A program made the position numbers and the translations under genes. From contig JAQTZF010000001.1 in NCBI GenBank assembly GCA_028687915.1, positions 290,634-354,633 of the forward strand: a stretch of 64,000 nt of DNA. Reading direction: 5' to 3'. The notes beneath the pieces were generated by a model, which had not been told where the DNA came from, ran no database searches, and saw only the letters and a program-made list of their open reading frames with translations. Of this stretch, positions 54,503-62,446 are shown in pieces; position 1 is the stretch's first letter, and every line of letters starts with the position of its first letter. Source of the stretch: Candidatus Daviesbacteria bacterium (GTDB lineage Bacteria > Patescibacteriota > Microgenomatia > Daviesbacterales > UBA10151).

Positions 54503-55002
54503 GGTTGTATAACCTCCCCCTCGACTGGCTGATCGCCAGAACCCAGCATTTTGAATCCTGACTCGTTTAATGTTTCGAATAAGGTCTGTCCGTTTTTGGT
54601 CACCATGTAGGGCAGGAAAATCTGCTCCATTTTGACCATCTTGGTTTGCAGGATCGCCATCTGTGCATCGATCCACACCTTCACAATCCGCCAGGCAACA
54701 CGCAGCGCCTGGTCTTCGTTGGCATATCCGCTGCGGATTTTGCCCTGTCGCACTTGTTCTTCCAGGACTCGAAGGACTGGCTGTTTATCGCAGGGCAATT
54801 TGATTCCCAGCTCTTTGCCATTCACATCGATGCTGAAAGAGAGTGCCTCGATCTGTCCCGCCTTGTTGTAGTTCGACAAGATTGACTTCGCACCATTGAC
54901 CGCCAGTGTTTGCTGAATTTCATTGATCGTTTTATAAGCCTCGATCTCGGTGGTGTAATTCAATAAACCTTTACCCATTGTCTTTTTCCTCCTCTTTGGC
55001 AA
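54499..55002 (-). CDS. hypothetical phage protein
   Basis: 167-aa ORF. Confidence 0.45.
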   Translation of the reverse strand: MPKRRKKTMGKGLLNYTTEIEAYKTINEIQQTLAVNGAKSILSNYNKAGQIEALSFSIDVNGKELGIKLPCDKQPVLRVLEEQVRQGKIRSGYANEDQALRVAWRIVKVWIDAQMAILQTKMVKMEQIFLPYMVTKNGQTLFETLNESGFKMLGSGDQPVEGEVIQP

Positions 55003-55231
55003 GCAGCTCTTTGGTAATTTCTAAAATCTTGAGCTGTTTGACGCGGTTGGCTTCGGACTGCTCGATGGCTTCTTTTTTCCTCTGCTTTTCGACACCATAA
55101 GGAGTCGGAATCTTTCGGACGATCTGCTCGTCGTCGAGACTCTTAAGGTAGAGGATGTCGATCTCCTGGATGATCAGCTCTCGCTCCAGGCTGTCGACCA
55201 TATCTGTTAGGTGTTGCTTTCTAGTTTTCAT
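54971..55231 (-). CDS. hypothetical coiled-coil protein
   Basis: 86-aa ORF. Confidence 0.4.
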   Translation of the reverse strand: MKTRKQHLTDMVDSLERELIIQEIDILYLKSLDDEQIVRKIPTPYGVEKQRKKEAIEQSEANRVKQLKILEITKELLAKEEEKDNG

Positions 55232-55237
55232 AATTTT

Positions 55238-55396
55238 TTATCGTTCAATTTCTCCAGCAGCTTCTTTTTTAGTAAATGTTCCCTCGTCAACCTCGATCTG
55301 CTTTTTGGTTGCGAGTTCGATCAGGACATAAACCGCCCGACCTTTGGCATCCTTGCGTTTGCCTTCAAAGTGGAACTTTGGCTTTTTATCTGACAT
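55238..55396 (-). CDS. hypothetical micro-protein (52 aa)
   Basis: Self-called. Strong RBS AGGAGGTG 7 nt upstream of the ATG. Confidence 0.4.
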   Translation of the reverse strand: MSDKKPKFHFEGKRKDAKGRAVYVLIELATKKQIEVDEGTFTKKEAAGEIER

Positions 55397-55766
55397 ATTT
55401 CTTCACCTCCTTTATTGGTTTGATTTTTATAATGACTTTGTTTTCCTTCGTGCCATTGACCGCCTCGGTAGTGACCCGCCTGACAAAACGAGTGTCGTCT
55501 TCTTCGATCAGTTTGTATTTCAAGCCGTCGATGTAGAGCTTGCTGGCGATGTTATCGCTGTCGCGGTGCAGGTTGTTTTTGTAGTAGGCAATGATTGTGA
55601 TGTCGACTGGCTTCGTAAAAATCTTTCTCTCGCGCGGGAGAGCAGCTGCGACGAAACTGTGAATCTCCTGGGCAAGCTCCTGGCGTCGTGACCAGTGCTT
55701 CTGCTCATAGAGAGCATTCCAGCTGACTGCCTGGTGATCTGTTATTGTGAGTGTGACTTGTTTCAT
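55386..55766 (-). CDS. RusA-like Holliday junction resolvase
   Basis: 126 aa with a D-x-D-N acidic catalytic motif (HRDSDNIASKLYIDGL) in the characteristic position for RusA-family crossover junction endodeoxyribonucleases. Confidence 0.55.
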   Translation of the reverse strand: MKQVTLTITDHQAVSWNALYEQKHWSRRQELAQEIHSFVAAALPRERKIFTKPVDITIIAYYKNNLHRDSDNIASKLYIDGLKYKLIEEDDTRFVRRVTTEAVNGTKENKVIIKIKPIKEVKKYVR

Positions 55767-56101
55767 ATAATTGATAGTTGCTCCTGCACTGCAGGCTTTG
55801 CTTCAACTGGTAACTTCTTTTTTCTTTCCCTTTTTTCCTTCCTTTCGAATGCCGACATCGGGACGATGGCGACCTTCTTTCCTTGATGGTTTGTCCAGAC
55901 AGAGTCATGCTCTGTCGCGATCCGCAATGCTTCAGCGCTTTCAATCTCGTATTTCACCTTGCGGTTTTTGCCCAGGTAGCAGCAGAAGCGATCCACTTTT
56001 CCCAGGGCTTTGATCGAGAGTCCGATGCAGAGGGATTGTTTGCCTTCCTCGAATTGCCCCTCCCGACACATAAAAGGATGCTGGACTGTGTGGACTTTCA
56101 T
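55763..56101 (-). CDS. hypothetical protein
   Basis: 112-aa ORF. Confidence 0.4.
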   Translation of the reverse strand: MKVHTVQHPFMCREGQFEEGKQSLCIGLSIKALGKVDRFCCYLGKNRKVKYEIESAEALRIATEHDSVWTNHQGKKVAIVPMSAFERKEKRERKKKLPVEAKPAVQEQLSII

Positions 56102-56259
56102 GCCCTGCCTCCTTTCTTCTCTGGCTCTTTTTTCTCTCTGCCGTCAGCCAGGACGACCTCTTTTTCTCCTGGCACTTGGATGCTCACTTTGCAGTGATAT
56201 TTTTCCGCCAGTCTCTGGTTGGTCTTCATAAAATTGTTGAGTGATTTTTGTAGTGACAT
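56098..56259 (-). CDS. hypothetical micro-protein (53 aa)
   Basis: Self-called. ATGA overlap with the downstream gene. No strong RBS. Confidence 0.25.
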   Translation of the reverse strand: MSLQKSLNNFMKTNQRLAEKYHCKVSIQVPGEKEVVLADGREKKEPEKKGGRA

Positions 56260-56261
56260 AG

Positions 56262-56978
56262 TTATTTTGCGAGCGCCCTTTCGTTTGCTCTGATTAAAAT
56301 TTCAATGACTTCTTTGTTTGTGCCAGTCGCTGTCTCCAGGAGTTTCTTCAGCTCATCGATGCTCTTTTGCATCTGCTCTTTGGTTTTGTTGGCTGGTAGG
56401 TAGTCAGTTAGGTTTTCCATGTTTTTTATAAATTCCCGATCCTGAAGATCGGTAACCACCGCTTGAACCGCTGCCACCCAGTTGGTCGTGTTGCAGCCTG
56501 CACTTGGGGGGCAATACACATTCGCCAAATCCTCGACTCGATCTGTTTGGCGGAATCGACTGTAATAAGATTTCGTTGCAATTCCTTCGGCGACGGACTG
56601 GCAGCTGGCTTCAAGTGAGGAATAGTGAGTTTTGCAGCTGTTCCAGCCGAAGGGGTTGCCTCCGCATGCGTTCTTACCAAAGCTGCTCTCAATGTTTGTG
56701 ATGCCGACCAGTAAATACGGATCGACATTGTTATCACTGCCACAGTCCACGAAGACATGACTCTGACCAGTGAGTGGGCTGCTTTCCTCAGACAGGCGCT
56801 CAGCCACAATCGCAATGCGAGGATCGGGTTCAGGGGTAGGGGTCGGTGAAGTAATCGGCTGAGCCGTCTGAGTGTTTTTCGATATTGGCGATGTGCGGTA
56901 TTTTTCATATACGATTTTGGCTGTGATGCCCGCGACTGCCAGTAAAATAAATAGGATTAGAATTAGTTTTTTTCTCAT
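56262..56978 (-). CDS. secreted protein, possible lysozyme-like (SLT-type) transglycosylase
   Basis: Signal peptide/TM. LVGITNIESSFG…GGNPFGW resembles the E-S catalytic motif region of lytic transglycosylase family 1. The assignment is weak. Confidence 0.4.
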   Translation of the reverse strand: MRKKLILILFILLAVAGITAKIVYEKYRTSPISKNTQTAQPITSPTPTPEPDPRIAIVAERLSEESSPLTGQSHVFVDCGSDNNVDPYLLVGITNIESSFGKNACGGNPFGWNSCKTHYSSLEASCQSVAEGIATKSYYSRFRQTDRVEDLANVYCPPSAGCNTTNWVAAVQAVVTDLQDREFIKNMENLTDYLPANKTKEQMQKSIDELKKLLETATGTNKEVIEILIRANERALAK

Positions 56979-58009
56979 AGTTGTGCATGCTTTCCTTGTG
57001 CGCCTGCCTTCCCTGGCTCGTTGGCGAAGCGCCAGTAAAATAACTTCTCTCGATCTCGGATGTTTTCCGCGTCCTTGCAGTAGCTGAGAGCTGTCTGAAG
57101 CCGACCTTGTTTGCCGTTTTTACAAGCCAGTTGAATGTGTCTGAAGAAATTGCGGGAGGGAGTGCCTTTTAAGCCCAGCTCCTCCCAGTAGCGCAGCGCT
57201 TCTACCTGGAATTCATGGGTGATTTTGGTGCTGGGACTCTGAGTATCAAAATGAGACTGGTGTTTTTTTAAGACATCGCCGATACTGGAGACTGTGTTTT
57301 TCTTTTCTGGTAGGGGGTGCTGGTAAGTGCCTTCGCAGTGTGTCCCGCCTAGTGGATCGGGATCAGTGCAGCCGTTGCAGTTGCCATTCGGAGTGCGGTT
57401 GTAGGGTTCTTTTAAGGCTAACTCTTTGGGTTTATCCCCAGAGTTATCCACATTTTTATCAATTACGGAGGCTTCAGCCTCAACAGTGTTTTTACTTTGT
57501 TTATTTATACTTTGTCTATTTATCTTTTGTCCTTGCTCTTTAGCTAACCCCCCCCTTGTTCTTTGACAACCCCCCTCGTTCTTCTTTGATGATCCCCCCC
57601 AGGTAAAAACAGGGTAGATATAGCGATGAGTCCCTGATTTATCGCGCTCAACTTCGATCCTGATTTTGCCCTTTGCAGCGAGTTCTCTTAATGGACGATT
57701 GACTGATTGCTCTGCCACTCCGATGGTGCGACCCAGGTATTTATTCGTGGCGTAGCAGAAGCCAGTCTGACGACTCAATGCGATGATCCCGCCATAGAGA
57801 ATCTTTGCCAGCTGGGAAAGGTCTTGACTCTGGAGAATTTCAATCGGAATGACGACAAAAAGACTGGACTCGCTGCGCCCGACATCCAGCCCCGCTTTAT
57901 AAGTTTGCTGAACCATGTCGAGGACTGCCGTCAGCTGCTCGCCTTTGAAAAGAGGGAGGTATTTATCGACTAACTCGTTTGGCACTGTCTGGTTGACTGG
58001 TTTTTTCAT
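56975..58009 (-). CDS. replication initiation / replisome-organizer-like protein (winged HTH)
   Basis: The N-terminal wHTH motif LSQLAKILYGGIIALSRQTGFCYATNKYLGRTIGVAEQSVNRPLRELAAKGKI is typical of phage DnaD/replication-initiator N-domains. Confidence 0.45.
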   Translation of the reverse strand: MKKPVNQTVPNELVDKYLPLFKGEQLTAVLDMVQQTYKAGLDVGRSESSLFVVIPIEILQSQDLSQLAKILYGGIIALSRQTGFCYATNKYLGRTIGVAEQSVNRPLRELAAKGKIRIEVERDKSGTHRYIYPVFTWGGSSKKNEGGCQRTRGGLAKEQGQKINRQSINKQSKNTVEAEASVIDKNVDNSGDKPKELALKEPYNRTPNGNCNGCTDPDPLGGTHCEGTYQHPLPEKKNTVSSIGDVLKKHQSHFDTQSPSTKITHEFQVEALRYWEELGLKGTPSRNFFRHIQLACKNGKQGRLQTALSYCKDAENIRDREKLFYWRFANEPGKAGAQGKHAQL

Positions 58010-59136
58010 TCCGTTTTCCCTCCTTTCCTGTTTTTCAAAAATTGATCAAACTTATTTCCTGGTTTTTGTGGGTAGTAGAGAGCCTGACATTCCTTTGAGC
58101 AGAAGCCATTCTCTCCAGCGACTGAAGGATCGACTGGTTTTTCGTGGCATTGCGCACACATCCTGGGTTCTTCTTTCTTTTCCTCTGCTTCGACTGGCTC
58201 TGCTTCCTGGACTGGGGCAGTTTGTGCTGCTTGCTCGGCAACAGTTGCTTCGCCGTTACCTTTGCCAGCGATTCTTTTGGGAGGATTGCTTTCACCAACT
58301 ACTTCGAAGGCTTCCTGGAGTTTTTCCGTTAGCTGATCGATCTGCACTCCTGTCAGCTCAGTGATCGATTCGACCTGATAAAGTTTGGCGATTGCCTGGT
58401 GCAGTCGTGTCTCATCAAAACCTCTGGGGTGTGCGACGGCATGGAGCTTCTTGATCTGGTTTACTCTGACTGGGTCTTGCGCTTTGGTGGTGGGTGCTGG
58501 CTCAGCATCCGAGACTTCCTCCAGGAAGATGTCGCTTGCCATCGTCGCGGTTCTTACTGCAGCAACAAGCGCCCGCTTTTGTGCCATCGATTGGATGGTG
58601 TTGGCGTCATCAGCGCTTTCTTCTGGGGAATTTTTAACTTTGAGATAGGTATTAGTGTATCCGCGCTCCTGCTTGGTGAATTTCGAAACAAAGTTTGCTT
58701 TCTGATCAGCTGTCGCGAAGCGCTCGGCGACTGTGGTGTAGAGATATTTTTTCTCCCTGGAATTGCAGCTTCTCTCTGCCTCTCCTGCAGGGATTGTCTT
58801 AGCGTCGTATATTTCGATCTGTCCGTCGACGACTCTGGTGAGGGGAATGTTTCGACTGAGTTTGCACAGGTAGCGATAATAGAAAAAGCCTTTCTCCCAG
58901 TCTTCGACTTCTTTGGTCAATTCAAACTCTGGGGCAAGCCCGAAGAATTTCGCGAGTTTCTCAGCTCCTGGCTGCAGCAGTGTCTTTTTATTCGTCCCTG
59001 GGATCACACCAAAGTCGACCCCTTCTTTCATCTGGGACTTGACCAGCTTTCTGATGTCCTTCTTCTCAGTGCCGAATTGCTCCAGCTCCTGGGCGGGTTG
59101 GACTATGGTTAGGCTTTGCTCTTTATTTTCCGTCAT
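58006..59136 (-). CDS. putative single-strand annealing/recombination protein with C-terminal Cys4 zinc ribbon
   Basis: 376 aa. The N-domain motif DFGVIPGTNKKTLLQPGAEKL is recombinase-like. The C-terminus holds CAQCH…CSKEC. Family assignment (ERF/Rad52-like) is uncertain. Confidence 0.35.
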   Translation of the reverse strand: MTENKEQSLTIVQPAQELEQFGTEKKDIRKLVKSQMKEGVDFGVIPGTNKKTLLQPGAEKLAKFFGLAPEFELTKEVEDWEKGFFYYRYLCKLSRNIPLTRVVDGQIEIYDAKTIPAGEAERSCNSREKKYLYTTVAERFATADQKANFVSKFTKQERGYTNTYLKVKNSPEESADDANTIQSMAQKRALVAAVRTATMASDIFLEEVSDAEPAPTTKAQDPVRVNQIKKLHAVAHPRGFDETRLHQAIAKLYQVESITELTGVQIDQLTEKLQEAFEVVGESNPPKRIAGKGNGEATVAEQAAQTAPVQEAEPVEAEEKKEEPRMCAQCHEKPVDPSVAGENGFCSKECQALYYPQKPGNKFDQFLKNRKGGKTE

Positions 59137-59371
59137 ATTTTTGAATGCAACTTATAGGTGAGCCGTTATAAAAGCACTGACACTTTGCCAGCCATTCAGC
59201 ATTTCCGCTGACTTTAGCGCTCCTGCAGTTCATGCGATCCTGGTTTTCGAGAGTGGTATCCAAACCAGTGACGAATGCGTAGCTCATAACCAGTGCGAAA
59301 ATAACCATCAGAATCAATGAGCCGATGCCTAACTTCTCCCTGGGTTGTCGTCTTTGCGCGTAGTCGATCAT
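59123..59371 (-). CDS. small membrane protein
   Basis: 82 aa with one TM helix and Cys-rich periplasmic tail. Confidence 0.4.
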   Translation of the reverse strand: MIDYAQRRQPREKLGIGSLILMVIFALVMSYAFVTGLDTTLENQDRMNCRSAKVSGNAEWLAKCQCFYNGSPISCIQKYDGK

Positions 59372-59739
59372 TGCTGCCCCTCCTTTCCGAAATCGATAAT
59401 CCCTAATTTCTCCATGTCTTCCGCCAACTCCTCGATGATCTGGTAAACACGCTCCCTGGACTTGACGCCGTATTTTTCGCCCAGTTCTTCAAGGGTTAAA
59501 AACAATCGGCGATAGTCGTTGAGGATATTGCGGTCACGCTCCCAGTTTTTGGAGATGTGAGAACAGAGAATTCTGTCTATGGTTTTGGCATCTTTGCCAG
59601 GGTGGAGGTCAACAATCTGCTGCAGGGAAAGTCCTGCGAAGTAATCTCTTAAAATGTCTTTGTTAGCTTCCCAACTAAAAAATCGCTTGACATTTCGTCT
59701 TCTTTGCGTTTTAATGTGGTGCAATCTTTGGGCAGTCAT
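59368..59739 (-). CDS. sigma-70 region-4-like HTH regulator (first gene of the rightward-to-leftward phage transcription unit)
   Basis: 123 aa. LTLEELGEKYGVKSRERVYQI resembles a sigma region 4 / LuxR-type HTH. Confidence 0.4.
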   Translation of the reverse strand: MTAQRLHHIKTQRRRNVKRFFSWEANKDILRDYFAGLSLQQIVDLHPGKDAKTIDRILCSHISKNWERDRNILNDYRRLFLTLEELGEKYGVKSRERVYQIIEELAEDMEKLGIIDFGKEGQQ

Positions 59740-59810
59740 ATGGTTTTGACGACCCTAGATTTTTGATAATTTAGAGAGATTTTTAGGAAGGGTTAGAAGC
59801 CTTTTTTATT

Positions 59811-59841
59811 TTTCTTTCGAGAACTCTCGTTTCTGGATGAA
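59811..59841. repeat. attR: phage-side integrase core-type arm (59811-59829) plus core (59830-59841)
   Basis: TTTCTTTCGAGAACTCTCG is the inverted complement of the 22370-22390 arm. The core TTTCTGGATGAA re-enters the comM frame. Confidence 0.55.
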
Positions 59842-60444
59842 TTACCAGAATTTCCAAGACAGGTTTTAGAAGCACTGAGGCAACCAATAGAAGATAGAAA
59901 AGTTTCCATATCCCGTGCTAATGGAACTTTAACTTTTCCTTGCCAGTTTATTTTACTTGCTGCCCATAACCCCTGTCCTTGTGGGTTTTTGGGAAGTCAT
60001 AAGAAAAGTTGTTCTTGTAATCCTGGGCAAATCTCAAGATATAAAAAGAAAATCTCCGGACCCCTTTTGGACAGAATTGATATTCATTTAGATATTCCAG
60101 CAGTGGAGGTTGAAAAATTAACAGGAGAAGATATTCCAGAAGAATCAAAAACTATCAGGGATAGGGTAGAGAATGCCCGAAAAATACAGCAAAAAAGATT
60201 TAAGGGCAGTAGTGTATTAACTAATTCTGAAATGAATAACATACAAATAAAGCAGTTTTGTCAGATTACCAGAGAAGCTTTGGAATTATTAAAACTAGCA
60301 ATTTCACAGATGAACTTATCAGCCAGAAGTTATTACCGGGTTTTAAAGCTTAGCAGAACAATTGCTGATTTAGCAAATTCTGAAGGAATAATGCCTGAAC
60401 ATATTGCAGAAGCTTTAACTTATAGATACAGAGAAGAAAACTAA
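59830..60444 (+). CDS. comM: ComM/YifB C-terminal fragment (Walker B, sensor and C-terminal Mg-chelatase domain)
   Basis: Frame opens at about 59800 and reads FLDELPEFPRQVLEALRQPIED…AAHNPCPCG… . The track lists only the distal part, from internal TTG at 59989. Confidence 0.8.
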   Translation, partial: FLDELPEFPRQVLEALRQPIEDRKVSISRANGTLTFPCQFILLAAHNPCPCGFLGSHKKSCSCNPGQISRYKKKISGPLLDRIDIHLDIPAVEVEKLTGEDIPEESKTIRDRVENARKIQQKRFKGSSVLTNSEMNNIQIKQFCQITREALELLKLAISQMNLSARSYYRVLKLSRTIADLANSEGIMPEHIAEALTYRYREEN

Positions 60445-60764
60445 AACTGATTAGTTATTTTATTTAAATTATCAAAATCACTGTTCTTAACTTCAGGATT
60501 AATTGTTTCAATTTCCTGTTTAAGGTCTGTTGTTTTATCAAAATGATATTCTATTGGTGTTGGGGAAGGGGTTGGTGTAGGAGATATATTTTGATTTGTA
60601 ATTTGTTGTAAAAGAGTTTTTCCATCAGGATTGATTAAAGTTTGAGGATTAGTTTTGTTAAGAAAAAGATTACCTAGAGATAGAAAAGTTCCCAGAAGAA
60701 GTACTACTAGTAAGAATGTAATTAACTTATTTGTAGAAAAGCTTTGCTTATTTTTCATACGCAT
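60441..60764 (-). CDS. small secreted/membrane-anchored protein
   Basis: 107 aa with an N-terminal TM segment and a Pro/Thr-rich segment. Confidence 0.4.
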   Translation of the reverse strand: MRMKNKQSFSTNKLITFLLVVLLLGTFLSLGNLFLNKTNPQTLINPDGKTLLQQITNQNISPTPTPSPTPIEYHFDKTTDLKQEIETINPEVKNSDFDNLNKITNQF

Positions 60765-61290
60765 TAATAGCTTTTTTAACCTCTGATTTAGCTCTTAAAA
60801 TTTTATTTTGTAGAGTTCCTAAATTGCTTTTTAGATTATTTGAACTGTAGTTTATTGCACTTTTTAAATTTCCTCCTCCAATTGCAGGTGTATAGTCTTG
60901 TGCTCTTTGATAGGCTAAAGCTTCTGCTGCATAATTTAAATAATACGCCGCGGTATCTAATGGTGTACTACCTTGGCCATAAGCGACAATTGTATTGGTG
61001 ACATTTTCCCTGGATTTTAATTCTTCAAAAATAGCAGATAATTTATTGATATCTAATTCCAACCTATTGCAAACTGTTTGATTTATATTTTTTAACTGTT
61101 GGTCTGCACTGAGTATTAATTGCTTCTTTTTTGGGTCTTCGATTTTAGATAAGTTGTTTTCAAAATTAAATCTTGTTTGGTTCTGAATATCCTCTGGAGT
61201 GGTTCTTGCATAAACCGATGGGCCTATTAAAAGACTTGTTAAAATAAGCAAAATCAAAAAAACTTTTCTCATTAAATATATTATAACCAA
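60748..61290 (-). CDS. secreted hypothetical protein
   Basis: 180 aa with a signal peptide. AT-rich, so host-type. Confidence 0.45.
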   Translation of the reverse strand: MVIIYLMRKVFLILLILTSLLIGPSVYARTTPEDIQNQTRFNFENNLSKIEDPKKKQLILSADQQLKNINQTVCNRLELDINKLSAIFEELKSRENVTNTIVAYGQGSTPLDTAAYYLNYAAEALAYQRAQDYTPAIGGGNLKSAINYSSNNLKSNLGTLQNKILRAKSEVKKAINAYEK

Positions 61291-61299
61291 AATTTAACT

Positions 61300-61336
61300 T
61301 GACTAAAACGAAAAACCCCACAGCTTTCGCTGCAGG
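61300..61336 (-). terminator. rho-independent terminator (minus strand)
   Basis: Hairpin CCCC(A)CAGC-TTTC-GCTG(CA)GGGG followed on the minus strand by TTTTTCGTTTT. Lies downstream of the 47-aa gene. Confidence 0.4.
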
Positions 61337-61379
61337 GGCCTTTCGTGAATGGTGAAATAACACCAATTAGCTTCAAGTA

Positions 61380-61523
61380 TTAGACTTGAGAACCGATTTT
61401 GTACATTCCTGTACTACAAACTGAACAAACGCCTTTAACTGCTGGTTTACCATTTTTCATAGTAACATTTTGAGCATCGTTGGCGTCTCTTTTTTGGCGA
61501 CATTTTACACAATACATTTGCAT
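61380..61523 (-). CDS. small zinc-ribbon protein (47 aa, CxxC…CxxC)
   Basis: Self-called. RBS AAAGGAGGTG 8 nt upstream of the ATG. Reads MQMYCVKCRQK…GVCSVCSTGMYKIGSQV*. Followed by a terminator. Confidence 0.45.
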   Translation of the reverse strand: MQMYCVKCRQKRDANDAQNVTMKNGKPAVKGVCSVCSTGMYKIGSQV

Positions 61524-61569
61524 GGTTGATTTCACCTCCTTTCAATCTTAGTCATTAACTACTAAGGTA

Positions 61570-61854
61570 TTAACTAAATTTCAAAATTTTCAAAGTAAGT
61601 TGCATATAAATTATTAACTGAACAAAAAGGGCTATTGTTGCCAGCATCGTTATTTTTAATAGATCTTTTTTAAGATAAGCCAGATCTTGGTGTTCATGCT
61701 GGGTGGTGCTGATTACGCCAGTATTATGAATAGCACTAGTTTGATAAGAGCTTTTTTTTGTCGCCTTAACTTTTTCTTTTCCAAAAAGTTGGGTCTTTAA
61801 GGCTTGTAATCTTTTTTCTGTATCAGTCAATTCTTTAGACTCGGAATAAGCCAT
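61570..61854 (-). CDS. small membrane protein
   Basis: 94 aa with a C-terminal TM helix. Confidence 0.4.
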   Translation of the reverse strand: MAYSESKELTDTEKRLQALKTQLFGKEKVKATKKSSYQTSAIHNTGVISTTQHEHQDLAYLKKDLLKITMLATIALFVQLIIYMQLTLKILKFS

Positions 61855-62000
61855 TGTTTATAAAATAGCTCCAAAGGTATTTAGCCTTGGACCTCTTGAG
61901 CCTAACAGACTTTTTTGTGCCTGTCAAGCATGAGGATAAAATATCTTGTATACTACGTTGACAAGGAACTTCGTTTTTAGGTAAGATAAAAGAGTAATTT

Positions 62001-62444
62001 ATGTATCCAGGTGAGGGCAGTATTTTATGGATTCTTATAACTGCCAGTCTAATCTGGTTGGTTGGGTTGAGTGTAATTGTTTGGAAATCTAACCTTTTTT
62101 TAAAAAAACTATTTCCTGATAAAAGTGGTGATTTTAAAGAAAAGTTGGAACAATCCTTATTAGCCGTAGAGAGAATTGAAAGTTTTAGAAAGAAGAATCT
62201 GGAAAATGTTCAGAAGGTTTATTTGAAAAGGTATAATCCTTATCATGATACAGGAGGGGATCAGAGCTTTTCATTTAGTTTGTTAGATGGACATGGAAAT
62301 GGGTTAGTAATAACCAGTTTGCATTCCAGGTCTGGAACCAGAGTTTTTGCTAAACCAGTTAAAGGTGGTAAGGAGGATGGATTTGAGTTCTCTGGTGAAG
62401 AGAAAGTAGTAGTAGAGAAAGCAATACTAAAGGAAAAATTATAA
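62001..62444 (+). CDS. DUF4446-family protein
   Basis: N-terminal TM. YNPYHDTGGDQSFSFSLLDGHGNGLVITSLHSRSGTRVFAK matches the DUF4446 core. Confidence 0.5.
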   Translation: MYPGEGSILWILITASLIWLVGLSVIVWKSNLFLKKLFPDKSGDFKEKLEQSLLAVERIESFRKKNLENVQKVYLKRYNPYHDTGGDQSFSFSLLDGHGNGLVITSLHSRSGTRVFAKPVKGGKEDGFEFSGEEKVVVEKAILKEKL

Positions 62445-62446
62445 TT

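Larger units (their letters stand above)
22358..59841. mobile_element. integrated prophage of about 37.5 kb (tyrosine-integrase type) inserted within comM
   Basis: Both junctions fall inside comM. The integrase lies next to the left junction. Terminase, portal, capsid, tail-fibre and lysis genes lie within. GC is about 15 points higher than the flanks. The left core TTTTTGAATGAA and right core TTTCTGGATGAA form an imperfect direct repeat. Confidence 0.85.

Noticed and set aside
22360-59840. Possibility that the GC-rich segment is an assembly chimera rather than an integrated element
   Set aside because: Both junctions fall precisely within one host gene (comM), whose two halves are collinear with the intact protein. 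An integrase and inverted arm repeats sit at the ends. This pattern is hard to produce by mis-assembly. It still deserves a coverage check.
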